Positions 9,581 to 19,119 of a stretch of DNA of 47,325 bases are shown one piece after another. The stretch is from a virus. Taxonomy: Duplodnaviria; Heunggongvirae; Uroviricota; Caudoviricetes; Demerecviridae. A model generated the notes under the pieces. It did no database searches, was not told the origin of the DNA, and saw only the letters and a program-made list of their open reading frames with translations. The stretch is taken from IMG/VR virus record IMGVR_UViG_2706796127_000001, positions 64,001-111,325 of that record. One strand, given 5' to 3'. A program made the position numbers and the translations under genes. Position 1 is the stretch's first letter. Each line of letters starts with the position of its first letter.

Positions 9581-10075
9581 TTAGCCTCCAGGAACAGTAG
9601 GATTAACTGTCACAGCACATGCAGTAGAATCCTTACTTACTTGCTTACTATCTGTTACAGTTACTTTATAAGAGCCGGCATCCTCAGCTGCTGCTGTAGG
9701 TTTAGTATAGATAGCTCCTGAAGCATCCGGAATAGGAGAACCATCCTTAGTCCATGCATAAGTATATGGACCAGTACCGCCGGTTGCAGTAACAGAAAGG
9801 GTTAACGCTGCTCCCTCTTCAACGGACATGCTAGCAGTTAAATCTTTAGAAAGAGTTAAGGGCGGAGCAGGCTGAGCAGGAGGAACTGCTTTACCATAAG
9901 CCTCTACAAATTTCTTCCATACTTTACGGTTAGTATGCGCAGATGAAAGTCCTAGTTCTCTACGCAGAAAAGCATAGCTAGGAACATATTTATGCGCAGC
10001 AACCGTAGCAAAGAAGATATGAGATTCTGGCAGTTTTTCACCAAAAATGGTCTTTAGACCATTATAATCAATCAT
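9581..10075 (-). CDS. pb10: Capsid decoration protein with C-terminal Ig-like domain
   Basis: 164 aa; Ig segment LTLSVTATGGTGPYTYAWTKDG...DAGSYKVTVTD. Confidence 0.9.
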   Translation of the reverse strand: MIDYNGLKTIFGEKLPESHIFFATVAAHKYVPSYAFLRRELGLSSAHTNRKVWKKFVEAYGKAVPPAQPAPPLTLSKDLTASMSVEEGAALTLSVTATGGTGPYTYAWTKDGSPIPDASGAIYTKPTAAAEDAGSYKVTVTDSKQVSKDSTACAVTVNPTVPGG

Positions 10076-11289
10076 TCTTTATCTCCCTCGGTGGAACCTT
10101 GAGGTCTACCACCTTCTTGACCCGATACACCTGTTGCAGAACCAGCAACGTTAGCAGGAATACGAATCTTATTCATCTGCTCATCATCTAAAGGTTCAAG
10201 GTTCAGCTCTAAACGAGCTTCGTTACCAGTCATAATACCATTATTAACCAATGAGGTTAAATGTTTAGCCTCAGATTCTTTATCTGGTGTTAATGCAGCT
10301 ACTTCCTTAGTATTAGGAGTAATCTTATAACCAAAAAAGAAAGTAAGAGAACTAGTCAGCTTATTCAGCATAGGGATGATAGTCATGTAATAGAACAGTT
10401 CGATATTTGGTCGAATGTTTGCATTATTACCACCATCAAGTAGCACTTGCGGAACACCAAAGGCTAGACAGATGGACTTATTAAATCCTTCAATGTCTTC
10501 CTTAAAGTCTAGATCTTTAAAAGAGGATATTTGGGAGTACGGTTTAGCTTTCATACCACCATCTAGAATCAGGACAGAGGACTGACCAGTACTAGGATTA
10601 TAATCTAGTTGTAATTCTTCTTGTTTACGCTCACGCAATTTCTTGTTCAGGATTTCATCCGTCTCAAGAATAAGACCAATCACGGTTCCGTTATCGAGGA
10701 ACTTCTCTTTAAAGTTAAGCATCTTAGAACGCTTCTCAAGAGAATCAATAACAGTAGCAACACGAGATTGTCCAGAAATTTGAGAATTTGTGCCACACAC
10801 GTAACTGTTATCCTTTATAAAGATAATCTCATCTACGCGATAGTCTATCTGGTTATTAAATATAAATTTTTTGATAAACTTATTGGCATCTGCCTCTACT
10901 TGCATTAATGCAGCAGGGACATGATAAAGTGCTGTGCCATCCCAATAGATGTATGCACAACCTTCAAAAAGTAGGTCAGTGACTACAAGTCTACGGAATG
11001 TGCTTATATCCATGAATGGATTAGGTCGTACATTTAAGAGAGTGTCTAGAGTCTTTGCCTTGATGCCATTAGCATACGTGACAATATTATATTTATCTCC
11101 GACAGTATAAGAACACTCCGCCGCACTATCTATAACCATATTAGCAGTTCTATTGAGAATCTCAATTTTACTGTAGGCTTGTCCAGTGGTAAAAGGCTTA
11201 CGGTTAGTGCGATGACTAACTGGTTCCATGTCTCTTATAATACGTTGACCCGGATTTAGCTTTTCAGTAATCCAGCTTTTAAAACCCAT
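10072..11289 (-). CDS. pb7: Portal protein
   Basis: 405 aa HK97-family portal (ICLAFGVPQVLL, MTGNEARLELNLEP). Confidence 0.93.
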   Translation of the reverse strand: MGFKSWITEKLNPGQRIIRDMEPVSHRTNRKPFTTGQAYSKIEILNRTANMVIDSAAECSYTVGDKYNIVTYANGIKAKTLDTLLNVRPNPFMDISTFRRLVVTDLLFEGCAYIYWDGTALYHVPAALMQVEADANKFIKKFIFNNQIDYRVDEIIFIKDNSYVCGTNSQISGQSRVATVIDSLEKRSKMLNFKEKFLDNGTVIGLILETDEILNKKLRERKQEELQLDYNPSTGQSSVLILDGGMKAKPYSQISSFKDLDFKEDIEGFNKSICLAFGVPQVLLDGGNNANIRPNIELFYYMTIIPMLNKLTSSLTFFFGYKITPNTKEVAALTPDKESEAKHLTSLVNNGIMTGNEARLELNLEPLDDEQMNKIRIPANVAGSATGVSGQEGGRPQGSTEGDKE

Positions 11290-11726
11290 TATAAGAACCT
11301 TGCGAATCCTGATTTTGTTTCAGTCTTGACTTGTGTCTTTTCTTGAGGATTCTGTAATTTGTCTTTCTGCTTTTGAACCCACACTTTTTGCTTATTAGCA
11401 GAAAATAAAGGAGGTTCTTTTGTGTAAACCTTATGTAATAATTGGTGATGGTGCTGACATAATGTTACCACGTCTCTAACTAGTTCATGCTCATATTTCT
11501 TATAGAATGCTTCCCTATTTGAAAGGACGATATTCTCATCAGTGAAATCCAACTGGAGTTCTTTGGCAAATTTTTTAACTAGTTGAGATATAGTATGGTA
11601 ATGATGAAGTTCTAGGTCTTCATTACTACCGCATACAGCACAGCAACCATCCTTACTATACCTAGATTTTATACCATCTCTCATTATGGAAATGGCATCA
11701 CGTTTGTACTTAGTATTAGTGGCCAT
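11289..11726 (-). CDS. Conserved packaging-associated HNH-type nicking endonuclease
   Basis: CAVC...LELHH...TLCQHHH motifs between terminase and portal; start moved to ATG 11726 behind a GGAGG Shine-Dalgarno (145 aa). Confidence 0.8.
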   Translation of the reverse strand: MATNTKYKRDAISIMRDGIKSRYSKDGCCAVCGSNEDLELHHYHTISQLVKKFAKELQLDFTDENIVLSNREAFYKKYEHELVRDVVTLCQHHHQLLHKVYTKEPPLFSANKQKVWVQKQKDKLQNPQEKTQVKTETKSGFARFL

Positions 11727-12390
11727 ATTCCTCCAATCCAAAGTTACTTAGAAAGACTACTATATCCTCTGGAGCAACATCAAAAAACTCTGTGCTTCCT
11801 GTAAACTTTGAAAATCCACAGTTTTTATTATAGTACTCTCTATGGACTTCTTTTTCCAAATCTAGAGCAGTTTCCCTATCAGGTAAATGATATGTGGTAA
11901 ACAAGTATAAATCTGAAAATCCAGACTCTCTTTTAACCTCGTTCAACCGCTTCTCAGGGTATAAACTTATACCTACCTTAGTACCCATAGAGGAGGACAT
12001 GATATAGAGAAATCCACCATTATCCCATTTAAGGGAGCAATAAGGACATCTTCTACCTTGCGTTAGCCCATCTAAGGTAATGTAGCATTCATGACCATTG
12101 TTACAGCGTAGATGTAGTTTTGTTTTTGCATTAATATAGTTATTTAACAGTGTATACCCTATACTGGATACCCTGTTATTAACTTCATCTAGCGATATAG
12201 TATTAGGAGCGCAATGTGGGCAACCTCTTCCTGTATGAAGTATAGAATGTGGCGTTGCTTCCCAAACGTGTGCTCTTTGGCACTTAAATACTGTTTTTGT
12301 ACGTTGGTTTACATATTCACCGACAATTTGGATTCCACGATCAGCTAATCTAGTATTTATATCTTTTATTGTTAGCTTTTGTCGACCCAT
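11716..12390 (-). CDS. Putative homing endonuclease: two Zn-ribbon repeats plus GIY-YIG-like (T5orf172-type) domain
   Basis: Repeats FKCQRAHVW...GRGCPHC and LRCNNGHE...GRRCPYC, then FLYIM...KVGISLYPEKRLNEV; start moved to ATG 12390 (GGGAG SD). Confidence 0.75.
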   Translation of the reverse strand: MGRQKLTIKDINTRLADRGIQIVGEYVNQRTKTVFKCQRAHVWEATPHSILHTGRGCPHCAPNTISLDEVNNRVSSIGYTLLNNYINAKTKLHLRCNNGHECYITLDGLTQGRRCPYCSLKWDNGGFLYIMSSSMGTKVGISLYPEKRLNEVKRESGFSDLYLFTTYHLPDRETALDLEKEVHREYYNKNCGFSKFTGSTEFFDVAPEDIVVFLSNFGLEEYGH

Positions 12391-12473
12391 AGAATCTCCC
12401 ACGCCCCATGTAGAGCACTAATTTTTCTTGTTTACGTTCTATTATGGGAGAAGTTCTCCCGATCAATGAATAT

Positions 12474-12502
12474 AGTATACATAATCGTATCGAATTTGTA
12501 AA
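12474..12502 (-). promoter_or_regulatory. Sigma70-type promoter for the head operon
   Basis: TTTACA-17 bp-TATACT on the minus strand. Confidence 0.65.
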
Positions 12503-12561
12503 GGGGATTTTAAAATGCAGGAATGGGATACCAACTGAGTAGTATCCCATCCTATACTTAT

Positions 12562-13878
12562 TTATTTACCACGGGAAATAGAGTAAATTCCATAGCGCAG
12601 AGCATCACAAAGGTGAGAGTTAGCATCATGACGTGGTTTTTCACGTGATAATTTTTCTTCACCTTCTTGGAAATCCCACTTATAGTTTTGCAATGCATGA
12701 ATTAATGAGGAACATGAAGCATCTACAATAATCTTACCCTGCTGGAATAGCGCTTGCAAGCATGCTAGACCGTCTAGGACAGACTTTTTAGCTGGAGCTG
12801 ATGCAATTTCATGTTCATAAGCTAAGTCCTGGCGGAACTGAGCTGCCGCAGAGTCAACAAAAATACGATCAACTTTATAACGATCTATACAGTGCTGAAT
12901 ATACGCAGCATGCTGAGCTGTAGTTTTCTCTGCCTGCTGGTACTCTTCTAATACATAGTAAGTATCTGTATCATAGTGATACTTGATAGTAAGAACTGCC
13001 GTAGGATCACGATAACCAACATCAATGCCAAGTAATGTTTCGAATGCTTCATCATCTTTAAAGAAGTGACGCATACCTTTAAGGTCTTTAACATGATCAA
13101 TAGCATTAAAGGTATCAAAGATCTGACCTTCGAATACAGAGAAGTCAGCCTCGTATTCCTGACGGAAGTAGTTTTTACTAACTGTACGACGTGCTTCTTC
13201 GATGTCATTCAGATCAGCACGTGGGTTATCACGATATGTACCATGAATAGATACCCAGTTAGGCAACGTATCATCAAACCCATAGGCATAAAACTCTTTA
13301 AACCAGTTACCACCACGAGGAGTAGAGATAAATAGAGCCTTAGAATTAGGTTTATCTAGGGTAGGACGCAACTGAACCCTGAAGGCATCACCACCTACAT
13401 CAGAAATTGCAGCCTCATCAAAGATGATAAAATCATATGAACGTCCAACTGCGGAGTCAGCCTGCGCCGCTGAAGCTAGTTTAAACAGTGAGCCGTTTGC
13501 CAGCTCAATCTCTTTATCTTTAGCGTTCTCACGTTCGGTTTGTAGGCCGTACTTTTTAATAAGACCACGAATCTGAGACCATCCGATGTTGGCCAGTGAA
13601 TAGTTAGGAGCAACTACTAATACCTTCACATTAGGTTCCAGCAACTTTAGGAACCCAAGAGTATACGCGATGAAGGACTTGCCCACACGGCGTGATACAC
13701 ACGCCGTTACAAAACGATGTCTAGGGTCCTCTAGAGCATTAATAATCGCTATTTGAGGACCATTAGGTGTAATACCTTCTTGTGCTAATATTCCTGAAAC
13801 GGGTAGACGAAAGAAACGTTTATCTATCCCGAAATCTATAACATCTACCGTATTAACATAGGGTCTTGATACTTCCAT
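12562..13878 (-). CDS. terL: Terminase large subunit
   Basis: 438 aa; Walker A VSRRVGKS, Walker B FIIFDEAA, ISTPRG, nuclease GIDVG and HLCDALRY. Confidence 0.96.
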   Translation of the reverse strand: MEVSRPYVNTVDVIDFGIDKRFFRLPVSGILAQEGITPNGPQIAIINALEDPRHRFVTACVSRRVGKSFIAYTLGFLKLLEPNVKVLVVAPNYSLANIGWSQIRGLIKKYGLQTERENAKDKEIELANGSLFKLASAAQADSAVGRSYDFIIFDEAAISDVGGDAFRVQLRPTLDKPNSKALFISTPRGGNWFKEFYAYGFDDTLPNWVSIHGTYRDNPRADLNDIEEARRTVSKNYFRQEYEADFSVFEGQIFDTFNAIDHVKDLKGMRHFFKDDEAFETLLGIDVGYRDPTAVLTIKYHYDTDTYYVLEEYQQAEKTTAQHAAYIQHCIDRYKVDRIFVDSAAAQFRQDLAYEHEIASAPAKKSVLDGLACLQALFQQGKIIVDASCSSLIHALQNYKWDFQEGEEKLSREKPRHDANSHLCDALRYGIYSISRGK

Positions 13879-14360
13879 TACTTCTTACCTCCAGTAGCTA
13901 GGGAAGTAATTAAGTCCATGTAGTTTTGGTCCCCAGCTCCAGCAATAATATTATTCTGGATGTTGGTCTGGTTAGCTGGAGTACGGGCTGCTGCCTTCAC
14001 TTTCTCCAATTCTACCATCATTTTCATCTCTTCCATCTTCATCTTGTGTGCCTTCCAGAGAATATCCATAATATCCTGGTCAGAACCCATGCCAGTTTCT
14101 TCCAGTTCCTCCAGCTTACGCTTAATAACTTCATCTAGAACACCAAACAAACGATCTCTGTTACGGAATCCACTCTCCATAAAAATATCATTTAAGTAGT
14201 TCTTAACTTCACTACGATTCATAATATCTCGGAAAGCAATTTCGGACATCCCAAGACTACGTGCGGCAGAAGGCACATCACTGCCACACTGTAAATAAGC
14301 TTCAATCACATCCATCCCTTCAGGGGACATAAGATCTGGTACTAATACATCATTTGCCAT
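13878..14360 (-). CDS. terS: Terminase small subunit
   Basis: 160 aa with N-terminal HTH-like segment; TAATG-coupled to terL; T5 synteny. Confidence 0.8.
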
Positions 14361-14370
14361 ATTTCCTCCT

Positions 14371-16158
14371 TTAGGTAAGGCGTTGAACTGTTACTCTTAA
14401 TCTCGGTAGGAAAATAGCTGCAGCCTCATCAGCGTGAATAATTACGCCCAATTCAGCATTACCATTTCCTAGATTTTTAATAGTATAAATATATCCGTTT
14501 CTTCTAAATGTTAACTCATCAGGTCTACTTGCCCAAGTTTGAGTGTAGCTGTATGCAGTAGTGGAGTGATAAGGGACTAAATATCCCGGAGGTAAGGTTA
14601 ATATTTGATGGAATATTCCATCACCTTCCGTGTAACTATGCTGTCTTCTTCCTTGTACTTGCCAAGCAGTACCACCGTATGTGCGTATGGCTCCTCCAGC
14701 TGTATTAATATTACCCATAATAACTTCAGTAGTTAATATTACTGTTGCGTTAGCATTAGGTAATCCTAGTCCTATAGTAGCTAGAGCCATATAATAGTTT
14801 CCTGCTCCAGGATATGCTGGGGTTATATCATCACCAACGTAGGTACTAGCAACATTATTAGGAAATAGTCTTAAGGGTACAGTACTAGGACTCCACACAG
14901 CTCCGTGCTCATTACCGATAGTGTTATTACTTGAGTTTACATACCATTGCTTACCAGCTCCGAACTTGTAAATACTAATTTGAGACTTAGCCCCTCCATA
15001 GTCTACGGGAGACCATAAAGATCCATTACTAGATCCTACAATTTCACAGCGCGCAGTAGTATCCCCGAAGACTCCAGTGTACGCTGCGTTATTTCCGACG
15101 TATTCCATATCTGGCCTATAGCCTAAGTTACCAAAAGCATTTTGGTTGATAAACTTATATCCAGTATTTGGTAAACTAACACCTTTTATAGTAAAATTAG
15201 ACGGAGTTATAAGTATGTCTGATCCAGTAAATGGATTACCAGATACGCCCATATTACCATTAGAGTACCTTAGGTTAAGTACATACCAAATAACTTTGGT
15301 AGGTGTAATATTATAACCATCCTGCACATACACTTTCTTAGCGGCCTGTGCCGCTAGATTAGATGTTGAACCTTTGCATATATAAACCTTATCAGGGTAA
15401 GTAGGAGATTGATACAATAAGTTAACATTAGCCGGTACTGTGCCCTTTTTACCTACATAACCTCGTATATTAGAGTTACAAACGTAGAACCAATTATGTC
15501 CTCTATAGGCGGCCCCTATAGGAGCTTGCCAATTAGGGTGCCAGTAGTCAGCATTACCACCATCTATAGGTACTGTAGACGCTCCTGCTGGAAATCCTGC
15601 TAAAGTCCATGCCCTACCTATAGCCTCACCAGCATATGCTCCTCCCGGCCTATATAAATTAAACCCAGAAGCTTGAGATATGGTACCACCTGTACCCTGT
15701 CTAGCAATTGACTCTTCATGGCCTAAACCAGAGTTATAGATATAGGTGCCATGTGCTAAGCTGTTACCTGATGCAAAAGCTGACGTAAGACCTACTTCGG
15801 CACCCGCCCTACCAATAGGTGGGTCTTCAAAAAATGCAGTGAATTGACCAACCTGAGATTGAGTACCATTAAGAAAAGCCCTATGAGTACCATTAATCTC
15901 AATGGCAGTTAGTATAACTCTACCTGGGTCGTTGGATTTAATATTTATTATGTCAGAAGGCATCTGACATACAAAAAACCCATTTCCAGCATTGCCTAAT
16001 GCAGCCTCGTAAGTACCATCAACTAGGACAAATGGCATATCACTATGAAAAATACTATTGGCATTTGGACTATAGTGACGATTAATGTCACCACCAGATT
16101 CAGTATTTAAAGATAGTACGGTCTTACCATCGCTATATTTTCCAGCGAAAAAACCCAT
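14371..16158 (-). CDS. pb5: Receptor-binding tail tip protein (pb5/Oad/Hrs family)
   Basis: 595 aa; family N-terminus [18 protein letters not shown]; divergently paired with llp as in T5 and BF23. Confidence 0.9.
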
Positions 16159-16183
16159 ATAATCTCCTATTATAAAAATGTAT

Positions 16184-16212
16184 TTGCTTTCATCTCTCTA
16201 TTTTGCTATAAT
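16184..16212 (+). promoter_or_regulatory. Early promoter for llp
   Basis: TTGCTT-17 bp-TATAAT. Confidence 0.8.
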
Positions 16213-16243
16213 AGATTCATAAATTAGAAATGGAGAGATAAAT

Positions 16244-16510
16244 ATGAAAAAGTTTGTTATTGCACTAGTTGCCGCAGTTATGTTATCTGGTTGTGCACCT
16301 GCTCCCAAACCATTTTGTACTGGATTTGTAAAATCTTTTGGTGGTGCGGGAGAAGAACATTACGGTCTCAAGGTTCAAAAAGTTCGTATTAAGGGAGATC
16401 GCTTTCCAGTAGTACAGCTCCGTACTAAGTTTGGGTGGTGGGATCTCAGTCAGTTTGACCTTAAATATGGTGATTGTAAATTTAAACTAGAGCAATCTAA
16501 CTACCTGTAA
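16244..16510 (+). CDS. llp: Receptor-blocking (lytic conversion) lipoprotein
   Basis: 88 aa; lipobox MKKFVIALVAAVMLSG|C; adjacent and divergent to the RBP gene. Confidence 0.9.
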   Translation: MKKFVIALVAAVMLSGCAPAPKPFCTGFVKSFGGAGEEHYGLKVQKVRIKGDRFPVVQLRTKFGWWDLSQFDLKYGDCKFKLEQSNYL

Positions 16511-16686
16511 TTAGTATAAAGCAAAAAAACATCCAAGTAAACTAAATTTTTTATTTTTTGGATGGTATATTGGCAGAAACCACTATGTAAGAAAGTGAAA
16601 AGCCCTTCTAGGAGTCCATAAGCACGGTTGGTTATGCACAAGTTATAAAATATTTTAAAATACCACACTTACGGGGCACGAAAGGT

Positions 16687-16815
16687 ATGTCAAACAAAAG
16701 AAAGAGCAGACGCGGAGAAGTGTATGATAGCTGGATTAATAGTTTTGGACTTGGGACTATCCTATTCTTTATTTTCGTAGGTTTTTGGTTAGCAGCTATG
16801 GCGGGGTGGATTTAA
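16687..16815 (+). CDS. Small membrane protein, 42 aa
   Basis: Hand translation MSNKRKSRRGEVYDSWINSFGLGTILFFIFVGFWLAAMAGWI; TAATG-coupled to the next ORF. Confidence 0.7.
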   Translation: MSNKRKSRRGEVYDSWINSFGLGTILFFIFVGFWLAAMAGWI

Positions 16816-16919
16816 TGGGAGTAATAATTATTGTTTTATTAGTTGTGGTAATTCTAGGGCAATGTATCTTGGATAACCACTTAGCTCGTATTGAACGTAA
16901 GCTACGGGAATATAAATAA
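16815..16919 (+). CDS. Small membrane protein, 34 aa
   Basis: MGVIIIVLLVVVILGQCILDNHLARIERKLREYK; TAATG overlaps at both ends. Confidence 0.7.
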   Translation: MGVIIIVLLVVVILGQCILDNHLARIERKLREYK

Positions 16920-17143
16920 TGTTTAGTATTATAATTGCTTTTATTATCGGGATACTCGCGGGAGTTTTCGGGACGACTGCGGCAATCAATAAGCATCGGG
17001 AATATATCGCGGGAGTGACGCGGGAGATTGCGGAAAGGGAGCGGAAGTTTGACGAGAAACGTGCGGAGTTTGAGCGGGAGTGGTCGGATGGATCTCGGGC
17101 GTCGCGGAAGAGATTTCGGGCTAAGGTGAGTGATGAAGAATAA
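16919..17143 (+). CDS. Membrane-anchored charged/coiled-coil protein, 74 aa
   Basis: N-terminal hydrophobic helix followed by an E/R-rich tail. Confidence 0.75.
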   Translation: MFSIIIAFIIGILAGVFGTTAAINKHREYIAGVTREIAERERKFDEKRAEFEREWSDGSRASRKRFRAKVSDEE

Positions 17144-17669
17144 TTTAAGTATACAGGATATACAAGAAGCATTTGCTTATGATCCCGAAACTGGAGTTTT
17201 CACCTGGAAAAGTGGCAATCGTAAGGATAAAGAAGCAGGTACTTTAAATAGGGGGTATAGGCAGCTTAAGTATCGAGGATTTAAAGCTTATGCACATCAA
17301 GTAGCTTTTGTTATTATGGAAAATAGGTGGCCGGGGGAATGTGTAGACCATATAGATAGAAATAAACTAAATAATAGGTGGTCAAATCTGCGAGAAGCTA
17401 CAATTACGGAAAATAATCATAATGGTAGAACCTCAAAAACATCCTCAGGCTATCTAAATGTTACGTGGCATAAGGGACTCCAGAAGTGGATGGTAAGATT
17501 ACATGACAAGCATGGACTTATAAAGGGTACTACTAAGTATTTTTCCTACGACAGATTGGAAGACGCGGTAAACTATGCGAATTTACTAAGAAAGAAATTT
17601 CATGGCAGCTTTGCAGTACAAGAGGCATTCAAAGGGAATATACCAGATGTTGCCCAGTTAAACAGTTAA
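17130..17669 (+). CDS. HNH homing endonuclease with AP2-like C-terminus
   Basis: YAHQVAF...VDHIDRNKLNNRWSNLR HNH motif; SGYLNVTWHKGLQKWMV tail. Confidence 0.88.
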   Translation: MMKNNLSIQDIQEAFAYDPETGVFTWKSGNRKDKEAGTLNRGYRQLKYRGFKAYAHQVAFVIMENRWPGECVDHIDRNKLNNRWSNLREATITENNHNGRTSKTSSGYLNVTWHKGLQKWMVRLHDKHGLIKGTTKYFSYDRLEDAVNYANLLRKKFHGSFAVQEAFKGNIPDVAQLNS

Positions 17670-17790
17670 TTAGCGCTAAAATGACTTTTGCCAAATTCTT
17701 TGGATTACGTACGCGTGGGTGAGTCCAGTGGCTGGGGCGAAAATACTTAGTCTGCTAACCGCCACCCCCGTGACTATTAGCAAGCTAACT

Positions 17791-17827
17791 GTTTCACCCT
17801 GCAACCATTTTAATTGCAGGGTGAAAC
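17791..17827. terminator. 14-bp perfect hairpin between convergent genes
   Basis: GTTTCACCCTGCAA...TTGCAGGGTGAAAC downstream of dmp. Confidence 0.7.
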
Positions 17828-17844
17828 TATTTCAACTTTAATTA

Positions 17845-18579
17845 TTACGCAACTTTTAATTTCTCAATATATTGTTGCGGGCTGCAACTATATTCTGCGC
17901 GTTCTTCTTCTGTCATACTCTCCCAACATAATTGCAAGCGATCGGCCAGGAACTGATAATCATTATCATCGTCGAGCGATTCATCAATAAAGGTTTCACC
18001 TATCAATGTGACGCCGATTGATAGAATATCATTAATAGCTTGCGCGTCCAACGTTTTAAATCCGTATGACGCTGCCGCTGCTAGCACGCCTTTGTGATCG
18101 TCAATCATCGTAAAATCAGCGTTCGGATATAATTGCTTGAATAATTCAAAGTAATAGCTTTTATAAACTGCGTCTTTGCTGTGGTATATTTCGCTAACCT
18201 TATCAGCCTCAAAATATTTATGCAGTGTATCACGGGAAAACACGCGGATATTACTATCCCCACGCCCTCGCAGTCCTTGTTTGCGTAGGTAATAATAATC
18301 TGATTTGCTCATTAGTCGAGCGGTGCAAATAATGTTTAAAGTATTTGCGTCATTCATGCACTGGCGCATATATTCCACCAAAGGCAATAAGGTATCTTGC
18401 ATTATTAAATGATGTTTGCAAGCCTCATTTTTGTACTTATTTAAATCTAAATTCCCGTCGCTATCAAAGCAAGGCGCTACACGATGGAACGAATTAACGA
18501 TAGTGCCATCAAGATCCCAAATCATGACGCGGGAAATATGCGGGAAATTACGGGTAATATTCGTTTTAACTTGATTCAT
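17845..18579 (-). CDS. dmp: 5'-deoxyribonucleotidase (HAD family)
   Basis: HAD motif WDLDGTI and IDD; start moved to MNQVKTN at 18579 (244 aa, GGAG SD). Confidence 0.92.
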   Translation of the reverse strand: MNQVKTNITRNFPHISRVMIWDLDGTIVNSFHRVAPCFDSDGNLDLNKYKNEACKHHLIMQDTLLPLVEYMRQCMNDANTLNIICTARLMSKSDYYYLRKQGLRGRGDSNIRVFSRDTLHKYFEADKVSEIYHSKDAVYKSYYFELFKQLYPNADFTMIDDHKGVLAAAASYGFKTLDAQAINDILSIGVTLIGETFIDESLDDDNDYQFLADRLQLCWESMTEEERAEYSCSPQQYIEKLKVA

Positions 18580-18659
18580 TTTGTTACGTTCTCCAATAAA
18601 GGGATGTAGTTTATCCAGCATTGCCCGCTATTTATCAGCGGGCAATAATAAATCAACTA

Positions 18660-19052
18660 TTAAAGACCATAAGCCAACGCATCAGCGATAAAACTAATAT
18701 CTTCTCCTGATACACCGGAACGGATACCCGCACAAGTATATACTTTTGCGCTCATCAATTGATCATCGAGGCAAGCGGGGCAAGGCGCGACAACTGCAAA
18801 CGCAAGGCCAGCTTTTACGGCGTCGATGATAATCGTTTCCTGCTTCACCGTGTCAACATAAACGCCTGCGGCTTTAATGTAACTACTAGCGCGGCCTTGT
18901 GTATAGGCAAAGGTAGTAACCTGCAAAGCGTCGTTAAAGTCCAATAGCTCATCAATAACGTGCCCCGCCTCGACGTGGTAACGTTCACCATTCGAATAAA
19001 CCAGAACAATTGAGGACTGCGCGCGATCGAAAGGAATATTTTGCTTTTTCAT
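18660..19052 (-). CDS. Conserved pre-early hypothetical protein
   Basis: 130 aa with GGAG SD between dmp and A1. Confidence 0.8.
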   Translation of the reverse strand: MKKQNIPFDRAQSSIVLVYSNGERYHVEAGHVIDELLDFNDALQVTTFAYTQGRASSYIKAAGVYVDTVKQETIIIDAVKAGLAFAVVAPCPACLDDQLMSAKVYTCAGIRSGVSGEDISFIADALAYGL

Positions 19053-19119
19053 ATTTATAAAACTCCAATTAATTTAACAAGGGATATATGCGGGGTATAT
19101 ACCCCGCTTATAAATTTAA

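Noticed and set aside
1186-14199. Many plus-strand or alternative-frame ORFs overlapping late genes (e.g. 1224-1424, 3654-3992, 5735-6187, 7599-8303, 13066-13335)
   Set aside because: Shadow ORFs antisense to well-supported structural genes, without SD or promoter support
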